This document shows positions 19,978 to 30,600 of a DNA stretch of 64,000 nt, piece after piece. The notes under the pieces are model-generated. The model did no database searches. It worked only from the letters and a program-made list of their open reading frames with translations, and was not told the DNA's origin. Source of the DNA: Calditrichia bacterium. Lineage in GTDB: Bacteria > Calditrichota > Calditrichia > JAJRVZ01. The position numbers were made by a program, and so were the translations under genes. How positions within the stretch are numbered: the first letter of the stretch is position 1; every line of letters begins with the position of its first letter. The stretch lies in the NCBI GenBank assembly GCA_963796965.1, contig CAWCNS010000008.1, positions 1 through 64,000 of the forward strand, in the 5' to 3' direction.

Positions 19978-20346
19978 ATGAAGCCAGAATTTAACACTGA
20001 TAAATCGATTTATTTGCAGATAGCGGAGAGCATAGAAGATGATATTCTTCAAAATATTATTGAGGAAGAGACCCAGGCGCCTTCAACAAATCAATTAGCG
20101 GTCCTCTATCGCATTAATCCAGCCACTGCTGCCAAGGGAATCAATTTGCTGGTCAATGAAGGTATTTTATATAAGAAAAGAGGAATTGGTATGTTTGTTT
20201 CTGAGGGTGCGGTTAAAAAAATCCGTAACAAAAGAAAAACGGCATTTTATGAGAAGTATATTGTCCCTCTAAGGGGTGAAGCCGCTAATCTTGACATTTC
20301 CAAAGAAGATATTGCAGACATGATCAATAAAGTATGGGATAAGTAA
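19978..20346 (+). CDS. GntR (YtrA-subfamily) regulator
   Basis: IYLQIA, INPATAAK, KRGIGMFV; short C-domain; precedes an ABC pair. Confidence 0.92.
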   Translation: MKPEFNTDKSIYLQIAESIEDDILQNIIEEETQAPSTNQLAVLYRINPATAAKGINLLVNEGILYKKRGIGMFVSEGAVKKIRNKRKTAFYEKYIVPLRGEAANLDISKEDIADMINKVWDK

Positions 20347-20348
20347 AA

Positions 20349-21239
20349 ATGGCACAAACTGAAAACATTATAACAATTCAAAACATATCTAAATCCTTTG
20401 GAGCCATTGATGCTCTTCAGGATGTCAGCTTGACTTTTTCGAACAATAAAATCTATGGACTTTTCGGACGAAACGGTGCTGGTAAAACAACACTCTTAAA
20501 TATTATCTCAGGTCGAATCTTTGCTGACCAGGGGAGCATGACCTGTTTCGGAAAAGAGATGATTAAGCATCCTGAAATCTTTTCAGATCAGTGTTGTTAT
20601 ATGCCAGAAAAACACTATTTCCCACCACGGTTTAAAATTAAAAGATTGCTTTCTCTTGGTAAAAAGTCGTTTCCAAATTATGATGAAAGATATGCCGATC
20701 ATTTGTGCAAGATTTTCAATTTAAATTTAGAGCAAAAATACGAGCAACTATCCAGAGGGTTTCAGTCGATATTTAGAATTGTCCTCGGATTAGCCTCTGG
20801 AGCGGCTATAACGATTTTTGATGAGCCTGTACTCGGATTGGATGCGGTGGCCAGGGATCGGTTTTATTTGGAGTTGATCGAAGAATTTTCCAGAAAACCC
20901 CGCCTCTTTATCATCTCGACACATTTGATCGAAGAGTCTGCAGACCTGTTTAATGAAGCGGTTATTATAAAGAATGGTAAAGTACTCAGACAGGCATCGG
21001 TGGAAGAGCTGCTTTCAAACGTATTCTATGTTTCAGGAAAATCAAGCCCGGTAGATATATTTACTCAAAACCAAACCATCATAAGCAGCCAGGTGATCAA
21101 TGATTTTAAAACTGTTGTGGTGGAAGGAAATTTGAACGCTCAAAAACAATCACCAGGTTTAAATTTTTCACCTATAACTATCCAGAAACTGTTTATACAT
21201 CTAACAAGTGACCAAACTGAAGGTGAGCAACAAATATGA
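20349..21239 (+). CDS. ABC transporter ATP-binding protein
   Basis: GRNGAGKT; FDEPVLGLD; STH. Confidence 0.92.
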   Translation: MAQTENIITIQNISKSFGAIDALQDVSLTFSNNKIYGLFGRNGAGKTTLLNIISGRIFADQGSMTCFGKEMIKHPEIFSDQCCYMPEKHYFPPRFKIKRLLSLGKKSFPNYDERYADHLCKIFNLNLEQKYEQLSRGFQSIFRIVLGLASGAAITIFDEPVLGLDAVARDRFYLELIEEFSRKPRLFIISTHLIEESADLFNEAVIIKNGKVLRQASVEELLSNVFYVSGKSSPVDIFTQNQTIISSQVINDFKTVVVEGNLNAQKQSPGLNFSPITIQKLFIHLTSDQTEGEQQI

Positions 21240-21967
21240 AAAAAATTGGCGTAAACATAAAATATAAAATTGGATATCAGCTACCCTGGGCAATGTTGGC
21301 CATCGCTATCTATATAACGAGTATGTTTTTAATTTTTTATCTGCTAATTAAATTTTCTTTAATCAACCAAGGCGAAGGGAGTTTTGTCTACCGGCTTTGG
21401 TTTTTGGTGATTTTTCAATTCGCCATTTCAATGAGATTTAAGGAAGATTTTGATTTCTTACTTACTCTTGGCAGTTCACGAAATGAAATATTTCAATCAC
21501 TTATGGGAGTTGGCCTCTTTTTTAGTTTCCTCTTTAGCGGTCTGATCATCCTGGAACAAATTATAGTAGATCTTCTAAATAATCTTTTTGGATACCATAA
21601 TATTATTGATCCTTTTCATTTTTTATCACCCTATGGTTCAGATAATATTCTTATTCAATTTGTTTTTTTCTTCATGTTAAGTGTTTGTTGTTCCATATTT
21701 GGAATGCTATTTGGCTCATTATTCTACCGTTTCGGAAAAAAATTCACATTAGCGTTCTGGTTACTATTATCGGCTATCCCTACGATTTTAATACCATTAT
21801 TTTTATGGATTTTCCATCAACGCGGCCAGCTGAGTACATCAATCTCAGCCATTGGTGAATATCTGCGTTATTTTGATTTAATGTCTGTTTCCTGGTTTTT
21901 CTTTATCCTAACCATTGTTTTTGGTGTGAGCACATATTTGAATATCAGGAGGCTACCCCAGAACTAG
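21236..21967 (+). CDS. ABC transporter permease
   Basis: 6 TM helices; overlaps the ATPase stop. Confidence 0.75.
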   Translation: MKKIGVNIKYKIGYQLPWAMLAIAIYITSMFLIFYLLIKFSLINQGEGSFVYRLWFLVIFQFAISMRFKEDFDFLLTLGSSRNEIFQSLMGVGLFFSFLFSGLIILEQIIVDLLNNLFGYHNIIDPFHFLSPYGSDNILIQFVFFFMLSVCCSIFGMLFGSLFYRFGKKFTLAFWLLLSAIPTILIPLFLWIFHQRGQLSTSISAIGEYLRYFDLMSVSWFFFILTIVFGVSTYLNIRRLPQN

Positions 21968-22079
21968 TTTGGAATGTTAACATATTTACTATCCCGGACA
22001 AAACCCAGAGAAATCACTAATACATTATTATGAAAATACATTTAAAGAAGAATCAGAAAAAGTTATTAGAAGAAAGGTC

Positions 22080-22616
22080 GTGACCATGAAAACTGTATCA
22101 TTATGTATGCTTATACTTACTATCCTGACCCTTACCAGTTGCGGTGGGCAGGAGAGCGAAGGACCTCCAAGTGTAGACCTCCACATGGCTGCTCTTAAAG
22201 GGGATATTGAAACCATTAGGCAGCATATCAAGGCTGGTTCAGATCTGAATGAGAAAGATCAATTTGGTTCAACCCCCCTGATCATTGCCTCAACATTTGG
22301 TAAAACTGAAGTCGCTATCGCCTTGATCGGAGCTGGCGCTGATTTAAACCTTAGGAACACTGACGGATCTACTGCCCTTATAACCGCCGCATTCTTTTGC
22401 CACACAAAGATCGTAAAGGCCCTGTTGGATAAAGGAGCAGATAAGAATATAAGGAATAAAATGGGCTCAACTGCCCTGGAATCGGTTTCGGGCCCTTTTG
22501 ATAATGTTAAAGCCTATTACAATAATATCGGCAAGGCTCTTGGACCATTGGGACTCCATCTTGACTATGAGCAAATAAAAATGACACGTCCAAAGATTGC
22601 AGAAATGCTCCGGTGA
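22080..22616 (+). CDS. Ankyrin-repeat lipoprotein
   Basis: LTSC lipobox; G.T[PA]L..A repeats. Confidence 0.88.
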   Translation: MTMKTVSLCMLILTILTLTSCGGQESEGPPSVDLHMAALKGDIETIRQHIKAGSDLNEKDQFGSTPLIIASTFGKTEVAIALIGAGADLNLRNTDGSTALITAAFFCHTKIVKALLDKGADKNIRNKMGSTALESVSGPFDNVKAYYNNIGKALGPLGLHLDYEQIKMTRPKIAEMLR

Positions 22617-22724
22617 ATAAAAATAAAGAATGATGGTTAGGGAGTGTATAGTCAATTTCAAAATTGCTTACTGCTGCTCAACGGCCACTTAGCATGGAGC
22701 ATTAATATATATTAAGGATTATCC

Positions 22725-23819
22725 ATGAAAATTGAAGAGAATGCAGGGGCTGAGATTACAAAGGATCTCCTTCAGCGCCGCCATGATGTTGATTGGGTAC
22801 GAACAATTGCCTTAAGCCTGCTAATTATCTACCATGTCGTTATCAGTTTTCAGCCCTGGGCAAAGTATATTGGATTTCCCCAGAATGACCGGACATTAGA
22901 CGGCGTCTGGATTTTTATGGCCATGATTAACGTCTGGCGCATTCCCATTCTTTTTTTGATTTCAGGTATGGGTGTTCGCTTTGCCATGGATCGCCGTGAC
23001 TGGAAAGAATTACTTAAAGACCGGACGATACGGATCCTCATTCCCTATATTTCCGGCATCCTCATACTTGAAAATATTGTTGCATTTATATTGCCCTATT
23101 TGGGCTGGGAATCTACATTCACCATCACTTTCGGTCACTTATGGTTTCTACTCAATATTTTTTTGTATATCCTCTGGCTGATCGGGATCTTAATCTACTT
23201 GAAAGATCATCCGGATAATGGGTTCTTACGTTTTCTGTCAAAACTGATACGCTGGCGTTTTGGACTTTTTCTTCTGGCGATACCGCTCATGATTGAAGCA
23301 TGGCTGGCTAATCCCCTCTATTTTTCCACTTATGTCGATTCTGCTCATGGATGGCTACTAGGCCTTATTTGCTTCTCAATGGGTATTATATTTATTTCTG
23401 TTCAGGATGATTTCTGGCCGGCAGTCGAAAAGAATCGCTGGCCAGCCATGGCGGTTGCCTTTTCGCTTTATCTTGTGCGACTTCTGGTCTTCGGTTTAGT
23501 GGGAGAGCCTACCTGGCTTATTGCTTTTGAATCTATGAGTTGGATGCTGGCCATCCTCGGATTTGGATCATGTTATCTCAACAAACCCTCCCGCAGCCTT
23601 AGATATTTCAGCAAAGCAGTCTACCCGGTGTACATTATTCACCTGCCGGTACAGTTCATAATTGCTTATTTTCTCCTGCCTGCTCCACTACCGGCTTTTT
23701 TGAAATTGATTATATTGCTGATAGGTACCTTTGGTGTCAGCCTTTTGCTTTATGAGTATATACTAAAGCGACTAAAATGGATCAGACCCCTGTTCGGAAT
23801 GAAACTGAGCCAAGATTAG
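22725..23819 (+). CDS. Acyltransferase 3 (MdoC/OpgC-like)
   Basis: RRHDVDWVR, FLISG, HLWFL and YPVYIIH motifs. Confidence 0.88.
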   Translation: MKIEENAGAEITKDLLQRRHDVDWVRTIALSLLIIYHVVISFQPWAKYIGFPQNDRTLDGVWIFMAMINVWRIPILFLISGMGVRFAMDRRDWKELLKDRTIRILIPYISGILILENIVAFILPYLGWESTFTITFGHLWFLLNIFLYILWLIGILIYLKDHPDNGFLRFLSKLIRWRFGLFLLAIPLMIEAWLANPLYFSTYVDSAHGWLLGLICFSMGIIFISVQDDFWPAVEKNRWPAMAVAFSLYLVRLLVFGLVGEPTWLIAFESMSWMLAILGFGSCYLNKPSRSLRYFSKAVYPVYIIHLPVQFIIAYFLLPAPLPAFLKLIILLIGTFGVSLLLYEYILKRLKWIRPLFGMKLSQD

Positions 23820-24008
23820 GATGGATAGTATAGCAGAAATGTTCACAATAACTGGCTATCAGATAGTCGGAACCGATCTCGGGTATTAAGTACTGCAAAT
23901 TTATAGGATATGTTATCGTATACAATTCCGGACAAAACCAAATCGAAGGATAATTTCCTAATTTCCTTGGAATATAATTAAAAACCTAATAAATTGGGAG
24001 TTATATAA

Positions 24009-24731
24009 ATGAAAAACCATCCCGCTGAAGCATCACTACGTGTTTATGCACGAGTCGCAGGATTCGCCTATCTATTTATCATAATAATTGCTATTCTCAA
24101 TGTGATTTTTATTGACTCTAAACTTATTGTGGCAGGAAATGACGCAGTAACAGCTCATAACATTACGGCTAATGATTTGTTATTTCGTATCGGTATTACC
24201 GGTGTACTATGTATGTATGCGAGTGTAGTAGTATTGTCTTGGGCTCTTTATGTAATACTCAAGACGGTAAACAAGACTCTTGCTTTACTTGCACTACTTT
24301 TAAGGTCGGCAGAGGCCATACTAGGTAGTGCCACAGTGCTTATTAGTTTTATAGCTTTGCTTCTTTTAAATGGTACAGATTATTCGTCAATATTTAAAAC
24401 AGATCATTTGCAGGCTTTAGTCGGGTTATTTCTCAGCGTGCGTACTGCTGGACTCGATATCGTCTTGATATATGTAGGATTGGGAGGTGCGGTCTTTTGT
24501 TATTTATTTTTTATTTCCAAGTGCATTCCCAGAATATTGGCTGCATGGGGGATATTTACCTATTTGTCAATGTTGATCCTTGCTATTATTAGTATTCTTT
24601 TTCCCAATCATCCCGAGATGATTGAAACCGTTCTTTATACATTAGGCACATTATTTGAGGTTCTATTAGGTGTTTGGCTATTGTTTAAAGGTGTAAACAT
24701 CCAAGAGACAGAAATACGGGAGACCAGCTAA
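24009..24731 (+). CDS. DUF4386-family membrane protein
   Basis: ARVAG..YL; IPRIL..WG; WLLFKG. Confidence 0.8.
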   Translation: MKNHPAEASLRVYARVAGFAYLFIIIIAILNVIFIDSKLIVAGNDAVTAHNITANDLLFRIGITGVLCMYASVVVLSWALYVILKTVNKTLALLALLLRSAEAILGSATVLISFIALLLLNGTDYSSIFKTDHLQALVGLFLSVRTAGLDIVLIYVGLGGAVFCYLFFISKCIPRILAAWGIFTYLSMLILAIISILFPNHPEMIETVLYTLGTLFEVLLGVWLLFKGVNIQETEIRETS

Positions 24732-24759
24732 AGGTTAAAAATAATCAGAGGAATTATTA

Positions 24760-25227
24760 TTGCTAAAAATCTATATCGATGCTGATGCATGCCCGGTTAA
24801 ACAGGAGGTGTATCGCGTAGCACATCGCTATCACTTATTTGTAACATTAGTCTCCAATTCCTGGATGCGGATTCCAAATGAGAAATGGATACTATTAAAA
24901 ATTGTAAGTGATGGATTCGACGCTGCAGATGACTGGATTGTTGAACACATCCAGGAATATGATATTGTGGTTACAGCCGACATTCTGCTTGCAGGACGAT
25001 GTCTTAAAAAAGGTGCATCCGTTATCGGAACGACCGGCAAATCGTTTACAGAGGATAATATCGGACAAGCTATTGCAACAAGGGATTTATTATCTGAACT
25101 TCGGGGTGCAGGAGAAATAACAGGTGGCCCAGCCCCTTTAAAGAATAGTGATCGATCACGTTTTCTACAACGGTTAGATGAAGTAATTCAATCAATTCGT
25201 CGCCAGCATATGAGCAACTCCTCCTGA
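24760..25227 (+). CDS. YaiI/YqxD-family protein
   Basis: IYIDADACPVK; DAADDWI; VVTADILLA. Confidence 0.92.
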   Translation: MLKIYIDADACPVKQEVYRVAHRYHLFVTLVSNSWMRIPNEKWILLKIVSDGFDAADDWIVEHIQEYDIVVTADILLAGRCLKKGASVIGTTGKSFTEDNIGQAIATRDLLSELRGAGEITGGPAPLKNSDRSRFLQRLDEVIQSIRRQHMSNSS

Positions 25228-25353
25228 ACATATACTCTTGAAAAAACGGGTTAATCACCTTGCCTTTGTAAGTTAATATATTGAATCCTCTTTAAACCGG
25301 ACACCCATGATATTTATTAAAAAACATGTTAATTAAAATGAAGGAGTGATATA

Positions 25354-25839
25354 TTGAGTTCTCAATTAATCTCAAAGTACAGATACACCGGTGCCGGCTC
25401 ACTCGTCTTACTGCATGAGCAACACTTATTATCATGTATAAATAAGTGGCGTGAAGCTAAAAGATTGAATATAAGATTACCCAAAACCGATGATTCAGAT
25501 TATAAGACCTTAGAGACCCTGCTGAGGCATATTCTCAGATCTTCGCGAGGTTACATGACATGGATATGCGAAAAGTTGAAATTACCGAACCCACAAATCG
25601 AAAAAACTCCCGAAGTAGAATTGATTGAAACGGAATTGAAATTATATGTTTCACATCTTTTAGAAAAATGGCGTTTACCTCTAGTGGACATACCTGAGAA
25701 TAGATTTCATAGCCCCACTTACTCCTCGCGCTGGGAAGTGGATTATTGTATTGATGCCATGCTGGAACATGCTGTAATGCACCCAATCCGACATGAATTC
25801 CAGTTACACAATTTGATTAAGTCTCGACAAAATAAATAA
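25354..25839 (+). CDS. DinB-like four-helix protein
   Basis: LRHIL...MLEHAVMHPIRH metal-binding His pattern. Confidence 0.65.
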   Translation: MSSQLISKYRYTGAGSLVLLHEQHLLSCINKWREAKRLNIRLPKTDDSDYKTLETLLRHILRSSRGYMTWICEKLKLPNPQIEKTPEVELIETELKLYVSHLLEKWRLPLVDIPENRFHSPTYSSRWEVDYCIDAMLEHAVMHPIRHEFQLHNLIKSRQNK

Positions 25840-26082
25840 AAAATACCTGGATAATAAAACCCCAATAATAACGGTCATTTTATTCACCTTTTGACTTTTT
25901 TTAACGACATAATGATATTTCTGATTTAGATATATAACAGAATTTGAGAATAGTTTAAGTAGCGGTAGTAAATATAGCGACGCGATTAATCGTGCCGTTA
26001 CATTCACACGATATGAAAAATACTGAACTGCAATGATCTTAATTTATTTTGCACCAATCATCTTGGACTTGAGGAGATCTAA

Positions 26083-28495
26083 ATGCTTCATCAAAGAACA
26101 ATTGAAATCCTTTTATTATTTTTCCTACTCACATCCGGACCTGTCTTTGCACAAACCGGAGAAGAATATAGTGGCATTTACCCCCATCTCGCATTTTTTA
26201 ACGATGAACAAGAGTGTGGTACCGGTGTCGTTGTTCCCTGGGCCGACAGGCTTTGGAGTGTCACTTATGCCCCTCACGCACCTAATGGCTCTACTGATAA
26301 GCTTCTACGAAATAACCCCAGATCTAAAACAGATCATCCGTCCTGAATCTATTGGTGGAACACCAGCAAACAGGTTCATTCATCTTGAATCGAATCAGTT
26401 ATTTATTGGGCCCTATGTAATTGACACAAAAAGAAATGTGAGGGTTATTCCCTATTCCAGAATGTCGGGACGTCTGACGGGTAATGCCCGCCATCTCACA
26501 GATCCACAAAATAAAATTTATTGTGCAACCATGGAAGAAGGATTCTATGAGATAGATGTAAAAAATCTAAAAGTAACCACCCTATATTATGATACTCACA
26601 AGAAATTAAAACCAGAATCAAATATAGCTGGATATCATGGAAAAGGACTCTATTCCGGTCAGGGTAGGCTTATATATGCTAACAATGGTGAAAATAGTGC
26701 CGAGGCTCGCACAAATCCCTTCATAGAATCTGGGGGACTTGCCGAGTGGGATGGTAAAGATTGGCATCTGATCTTAAGAAATCAATTTACTGAGGTTACC
26801 GGACCGGGTGGTATCTACGGCAATAAAAAACCAGATACTGACCCCATCTGGTCCTTAGGCTGGGATGCACGATCGTTAATTTTAATGCTTTTGGACAATG
26901 GTCAGTGGCATAAATATCGTTTGCCAAAAGCCAGTCATAGTTACGATGGGGCGCATGGTTGGAATACAGAATGGCCACGAATTCGGGATATTGGTGAAGA
27001 TGATCTTCTGATGACCATGCATGGCATGTTCTGGCGATTTCCAAAAACGTTCTCAGTGGCAAACTCAGTAGGAATAATTCCACGCTCCACCTACCTTAAA
27101 GTTGTGGGTGATTTTTGTCGCTGGCAGGATCGTGTCGTTTTAGGCTGTGACGATACCGCACGGAATGAATTTCTCAACAAACGAAAGGCAAAAGGCCAAA
27201 TTACAGCGCCACAATCACAATCAAATCTTTGGTTCCTTGAGCCTTCGCAACTGGATCAACTCGGTCCGGTCCTCGGTCGCGGCGCTGTTTGGCTAAATGA
27301 TACGGTAGTTGCAAATCAACCTTCTGATCCTTTTCTCTTGTCTGGATTTAAAAAGCGGGCACTCCACCTGGTCTCAGATGTGGAAACGACCATTACCTTG
27401 GAGATAGATAAAGAAGGAAACAATGAATGGATCAAGTTAGATGAAATTCCGGTTTATGGTTATCGTTGGCATGAATTTGATGAGGGAATTGATGCAGTCT
27501 GGGTTCGGCTCAAATCCAGCACCTGGCTAAAAAATGCCACCGCCTGGTTTCACTTTGCGGATAAAGAAAGCGAGAACATCAAGACTGGGCCAGACAAGTT
27601 TATGGGGATTGCCCAGGCTGGAAACAAGTCCCTAACAGCCGGTGTTATCAGAGCACAATCTGAGAACAACCGAACATTACAATTTGCAGCCATAGATCAA
27701 AATGGTATGAAAGGACATTATATTCTTGATGGTGCGATGAAACTAAAGGCGTATGGGAACCTAGATAACTGGAATTCTCTTATGAAAAACGCAGCGATTC
27801 CTTCTCGCAAGGGGGTGCTTCAAATCGATAAAGCATCAGCCCTTTATATAGATGACAATGGTAAACGCTTCCGTTTGCCAAAAAATACGGAAATGGGCAG
27901 TTCAAGCACGTTAGGTTTTGGCAGGTTATGCCGGGAAGTTGCTACGGAACGAGACTTATTTAATTGCCAGGATACTTTCTTTGAGCTGCCTGCAAAAAAT
28001 GCCGGTGGATTTGCTCGTATAAGACCTGTAGCTACCCATAATTGTCAGATTTACGATTACTGTAGTTACCGTGGTCTTTTAGTTATCTCAGGTATCGATC
28101 TTGACAAGTCTGGAGAGAACCGCCACATTATTCGAAGTGATGATGGCAAAACCGCCTTGTGGGTCGGTGCCATTGATGATATTTGGAGATTAGGTAAACC
28201 TATAGGTAAAGGTGGCCCCTGGTTGGATACCAGTGTAAAATCTGGAGAGTATTCTGATCCCTATCTCATGACTGGATATGATATTAAACATCTGCATTTA
28301 AGCAGTACAAAATCTGCTGATTTTTCAATTGAGATAGATATTACAGGAATGGGAGATTGGCACTTATATAAATCTATTAAAATTCTCGCCGGTGAAAAAA
28401 CAAGTTTTCAATTCCCTGACACCTTTCAAGCCTATTGGATACGCTTTAAATCAAATAGGGGGACCATTGCTTCTGCACAATTAATTTACCAATAA
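26083..28495 (+). CDS. Large conserved hypothetical secreted protein (frameshift near 26305)
   Basis: Signal peptide in 26083..26346 joins the long ORF; internally repeated module G.G..WL.T.V..(..)SDP[FY]L..G. Confidence 0.7.
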
Positions 28496-28510
28496 GGAAG
28501 ATCGAAGATT

Positions 28511-29197
28511 ATGGTCAGATTTCATCTCATATTCTATTTACTACTCACAACACATCTTTTTTCCGAGATAAACTTTCCTGAAACCCCGGCAGGAAGAAAA
28601 CTACAAAATTTATTTGCCGCTATTGAATCAAATGACCCTGAGACTTTTATTGTGAATAACTTTTCAGATGACTTTATTGAATTAGCCTTTAATTCTAAAC
28701 TTTTATTTTCTCCGGGAGAGCGATACGAATATTCAAATGTCGGATAGAGCCTTTTAGCGGTAATCATTGAAATTGTAAGTAATGATAGTTATGAAAAATT
28801 TTTAAATTATAACTTATATGTTTCTGCGGGGATGCATGAAACCGGCTACCTGATTCCTAAGTGGTCTGAAAACAAGGTTGTCCATGGCTATCGGGAGAAC
28901 GATAAATTTGGTCAACCCAACACACAAAATTGGGCTACAGATGGCCCCTGGTTGCATTTGCGTGGTAATGGTGGGATCATTTCAACAATATATGATATGC
29001 ATAAATGGCATCTTGCTTTGCAGGGTGATAGCATCCTATCCGAAACGACTAAAGCCACATACTATAAGCCCCATATAATTGAGGGTCCTGGTGCAGATAC
29101 TTATTATGGTTATGGCTGGGTTATTGCCCAGTCAGCCCGGGCAACAAAAGTGTACATGCATAATGGAGGCAATCCTTATTTTGCAAATGATTGCTAG
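28511..29197 (+). pseudogene. Serine hydrolase (beta-lactamase class C-like), internally deleted and truncated
   Basis: PGERYEYSNVG*, GNGGIIST, YGYGW, HNGG; SxxK region missing. Confidence 0.8.
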
Positions 29198-29205
29198 GGT
29201 TTAAT

Positions 29206-29282
29206 CCGAACTTCGGTATGGTAGGGACCGAAGTTCGGTTGACACTAAACCGAGGTACGGTCTATACACATCCGAGGTTCGG
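29206..29282. repeat. Four 11-bp CCGA-nnn-WCGG palindromes at exact 22-bp period
   Basis: Units start at 29206, 29228, 29250 and 29272, separated by unique 11-bp spacers. Confidence 0.85.
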
Positions 29283-29395
29283 TTTAGAGAATTTGATAGT
29301 AGTAATAAACACCATTTGAATACAATAATGTTAACGCAATTATTTTGATAGGTTCATTTAGACTGATTGGAGGACTGGGATAGATCATGGTTGGC

Positions 29396-30136
29396 TTAAA
29401 TGAGTGCCAGAGCGAGTATCAAACCTATATACAAGATCAGCCCTTTCTTAGCAGCTATTTCAAGATCATTTTTTGTCATCTTTTTTATTATCCTACTACT
29501 CAGCATAATAGATAAGGGTAACATCAAAAAAGCCCACCCTACTGCCGCTAACACATCACTCAAATAATGAGCGCCCAAAAAGATGCGTGAAAAACAGACA
29601 AAAAAGGCCAGGAGGGCCAGAATAATTTTAGCGAGTAGATGGATAGGACCTCGGTATAAGGCAAATAACAGAAATGGCAGAACCAGGGCAATACTTTTTG
29701 TCGCATGACCCGAAGGAAACGACTTAGTTGTTGGATTTGATAATACCTTCAATTCACCTGCGAATTCATAAACCGGCCGTGTGCGGTTAAATACTTCCTT
29801 CAAGATCTCACCGCTGACACCAGCAATGGCAAATGAAATCAGGATCAATAAAAAAATTTGTTTTCCATCTTTCATCACAGGTTTATTTAGGGAAAGGATC
29901 AGATAGACAAGATAAATAAACACGATAACCGCCATGCCATATTGTGTCGCCCACTGATTAAATCGAACAAAAACGGCATTAAAATTCGTATAATTCAGAT
30001 TGAATAGGATGGACTTGTCTATTTCAATCTCATACCAGAGATATAATGAGATTCCCCATAAAATCACGAAGATAGAAATACACCAAAGGAAATGGGTTTT
30101 TGAAACAGGAAGCTGGGTAATAGTATTTCTATTCAT
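29396..30136 (-). CDS. PAP2-family phosphatase
   Basis: K....RTRP, SFPSGH, SRIFLGAHYLSD. Confidence 0.92.
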   Translation of the reverse strand: MNRNTITQLPVSKTHFLWCISIFVILWGISLYLWYEIEIDKSILFNLNYTNFNAVFVRFNQWATQYGMAVIVFIYLVYLILSLNKPVMKDGKQIFLLILISFAIAGVSGEILKEVFNRTRPVYEFAGELKVLSNPTTKSFPSGHATKSIALVLPFLLFALYRGPIHLLAKIILALLAFFVCFSRIFLGAHYLSDVLAAVGWAFLMLPLSIMLSSRIIKKMTKNDLEIAAKKGLILYIGLILALALI

Positions 30137-30247
30137 GTTTGCACGGATAAAGGGTAGTAGTAAATAAAAGTGGAGACGTCCCCCGAAACCGGGATTTTCA
30201 ACCGGTGGGCCTTCTCCTTATAAATATTACTTGGAATATTTATTTTA

Positions 30248-30275
30248 GTAGTGGCCGTTCGCGAATGGCCACCAC
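30248..30275. repeat. REP-like GTAG palindrome
   Basis: GTAGTGGCCGTTCGCGAATGGCCACCAC. Confidence 0.6.
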
Positions 30276-30367
30276 ACTTATATCTGTCCAGAGTGCCGTT
30301 TTTTTTATAGAAATATGAAAAATGCAATTCATACAATAATGGTAGAATTTAATCGCCTCCCATTTTA

Positions 30368-30581
30368 GGGACTGTTGCAGAAATGATAATTATGACAGAA
30401 ATATTTGATTATCTATTCGAACAAGTAAAATTAAATTCCCCCTTAGAAAAGGGGGCTAGGGGGATGTTTTTACATAACTTATAGTGAAATCACATGCCCT
30501 TAGTCCCCTTTCAAAGGGGGATTGATCCCGTCCTACGGGACTAACAGCCTCTTCGGAGGAGGAATAGATTTTGCTTATTCG
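30368..30581 (+). repeat. MITE-like repeat copy (family also at 50317 and 63100)
   Basis: GGGACTGTTGCAGA... aligns with 50318-50392; CCCCTT..AAGGGG hairpins. Confidence 0.65.
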
Positions 30582-30600
30582 AAAAGATAAACAAACAAAG

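Noticed and set aside
25975..26000. REP-like palindrome TAGCGACGCGATTAATCGTGCCGTTA
   Set aside because: A single degenerate copy with no adjacent RAYT/TnpA gene; too weak to call.
29206..29282. CRISPR array
   Set aside because: Repeats and spacers are only 11 bp and there are no cas genes; reported as a mini-array instead.
29200..29400. Replication terminus/dif site at the strand switch
   Set aside because: No dif-like 28-mer recognised and GC skew was not computed.
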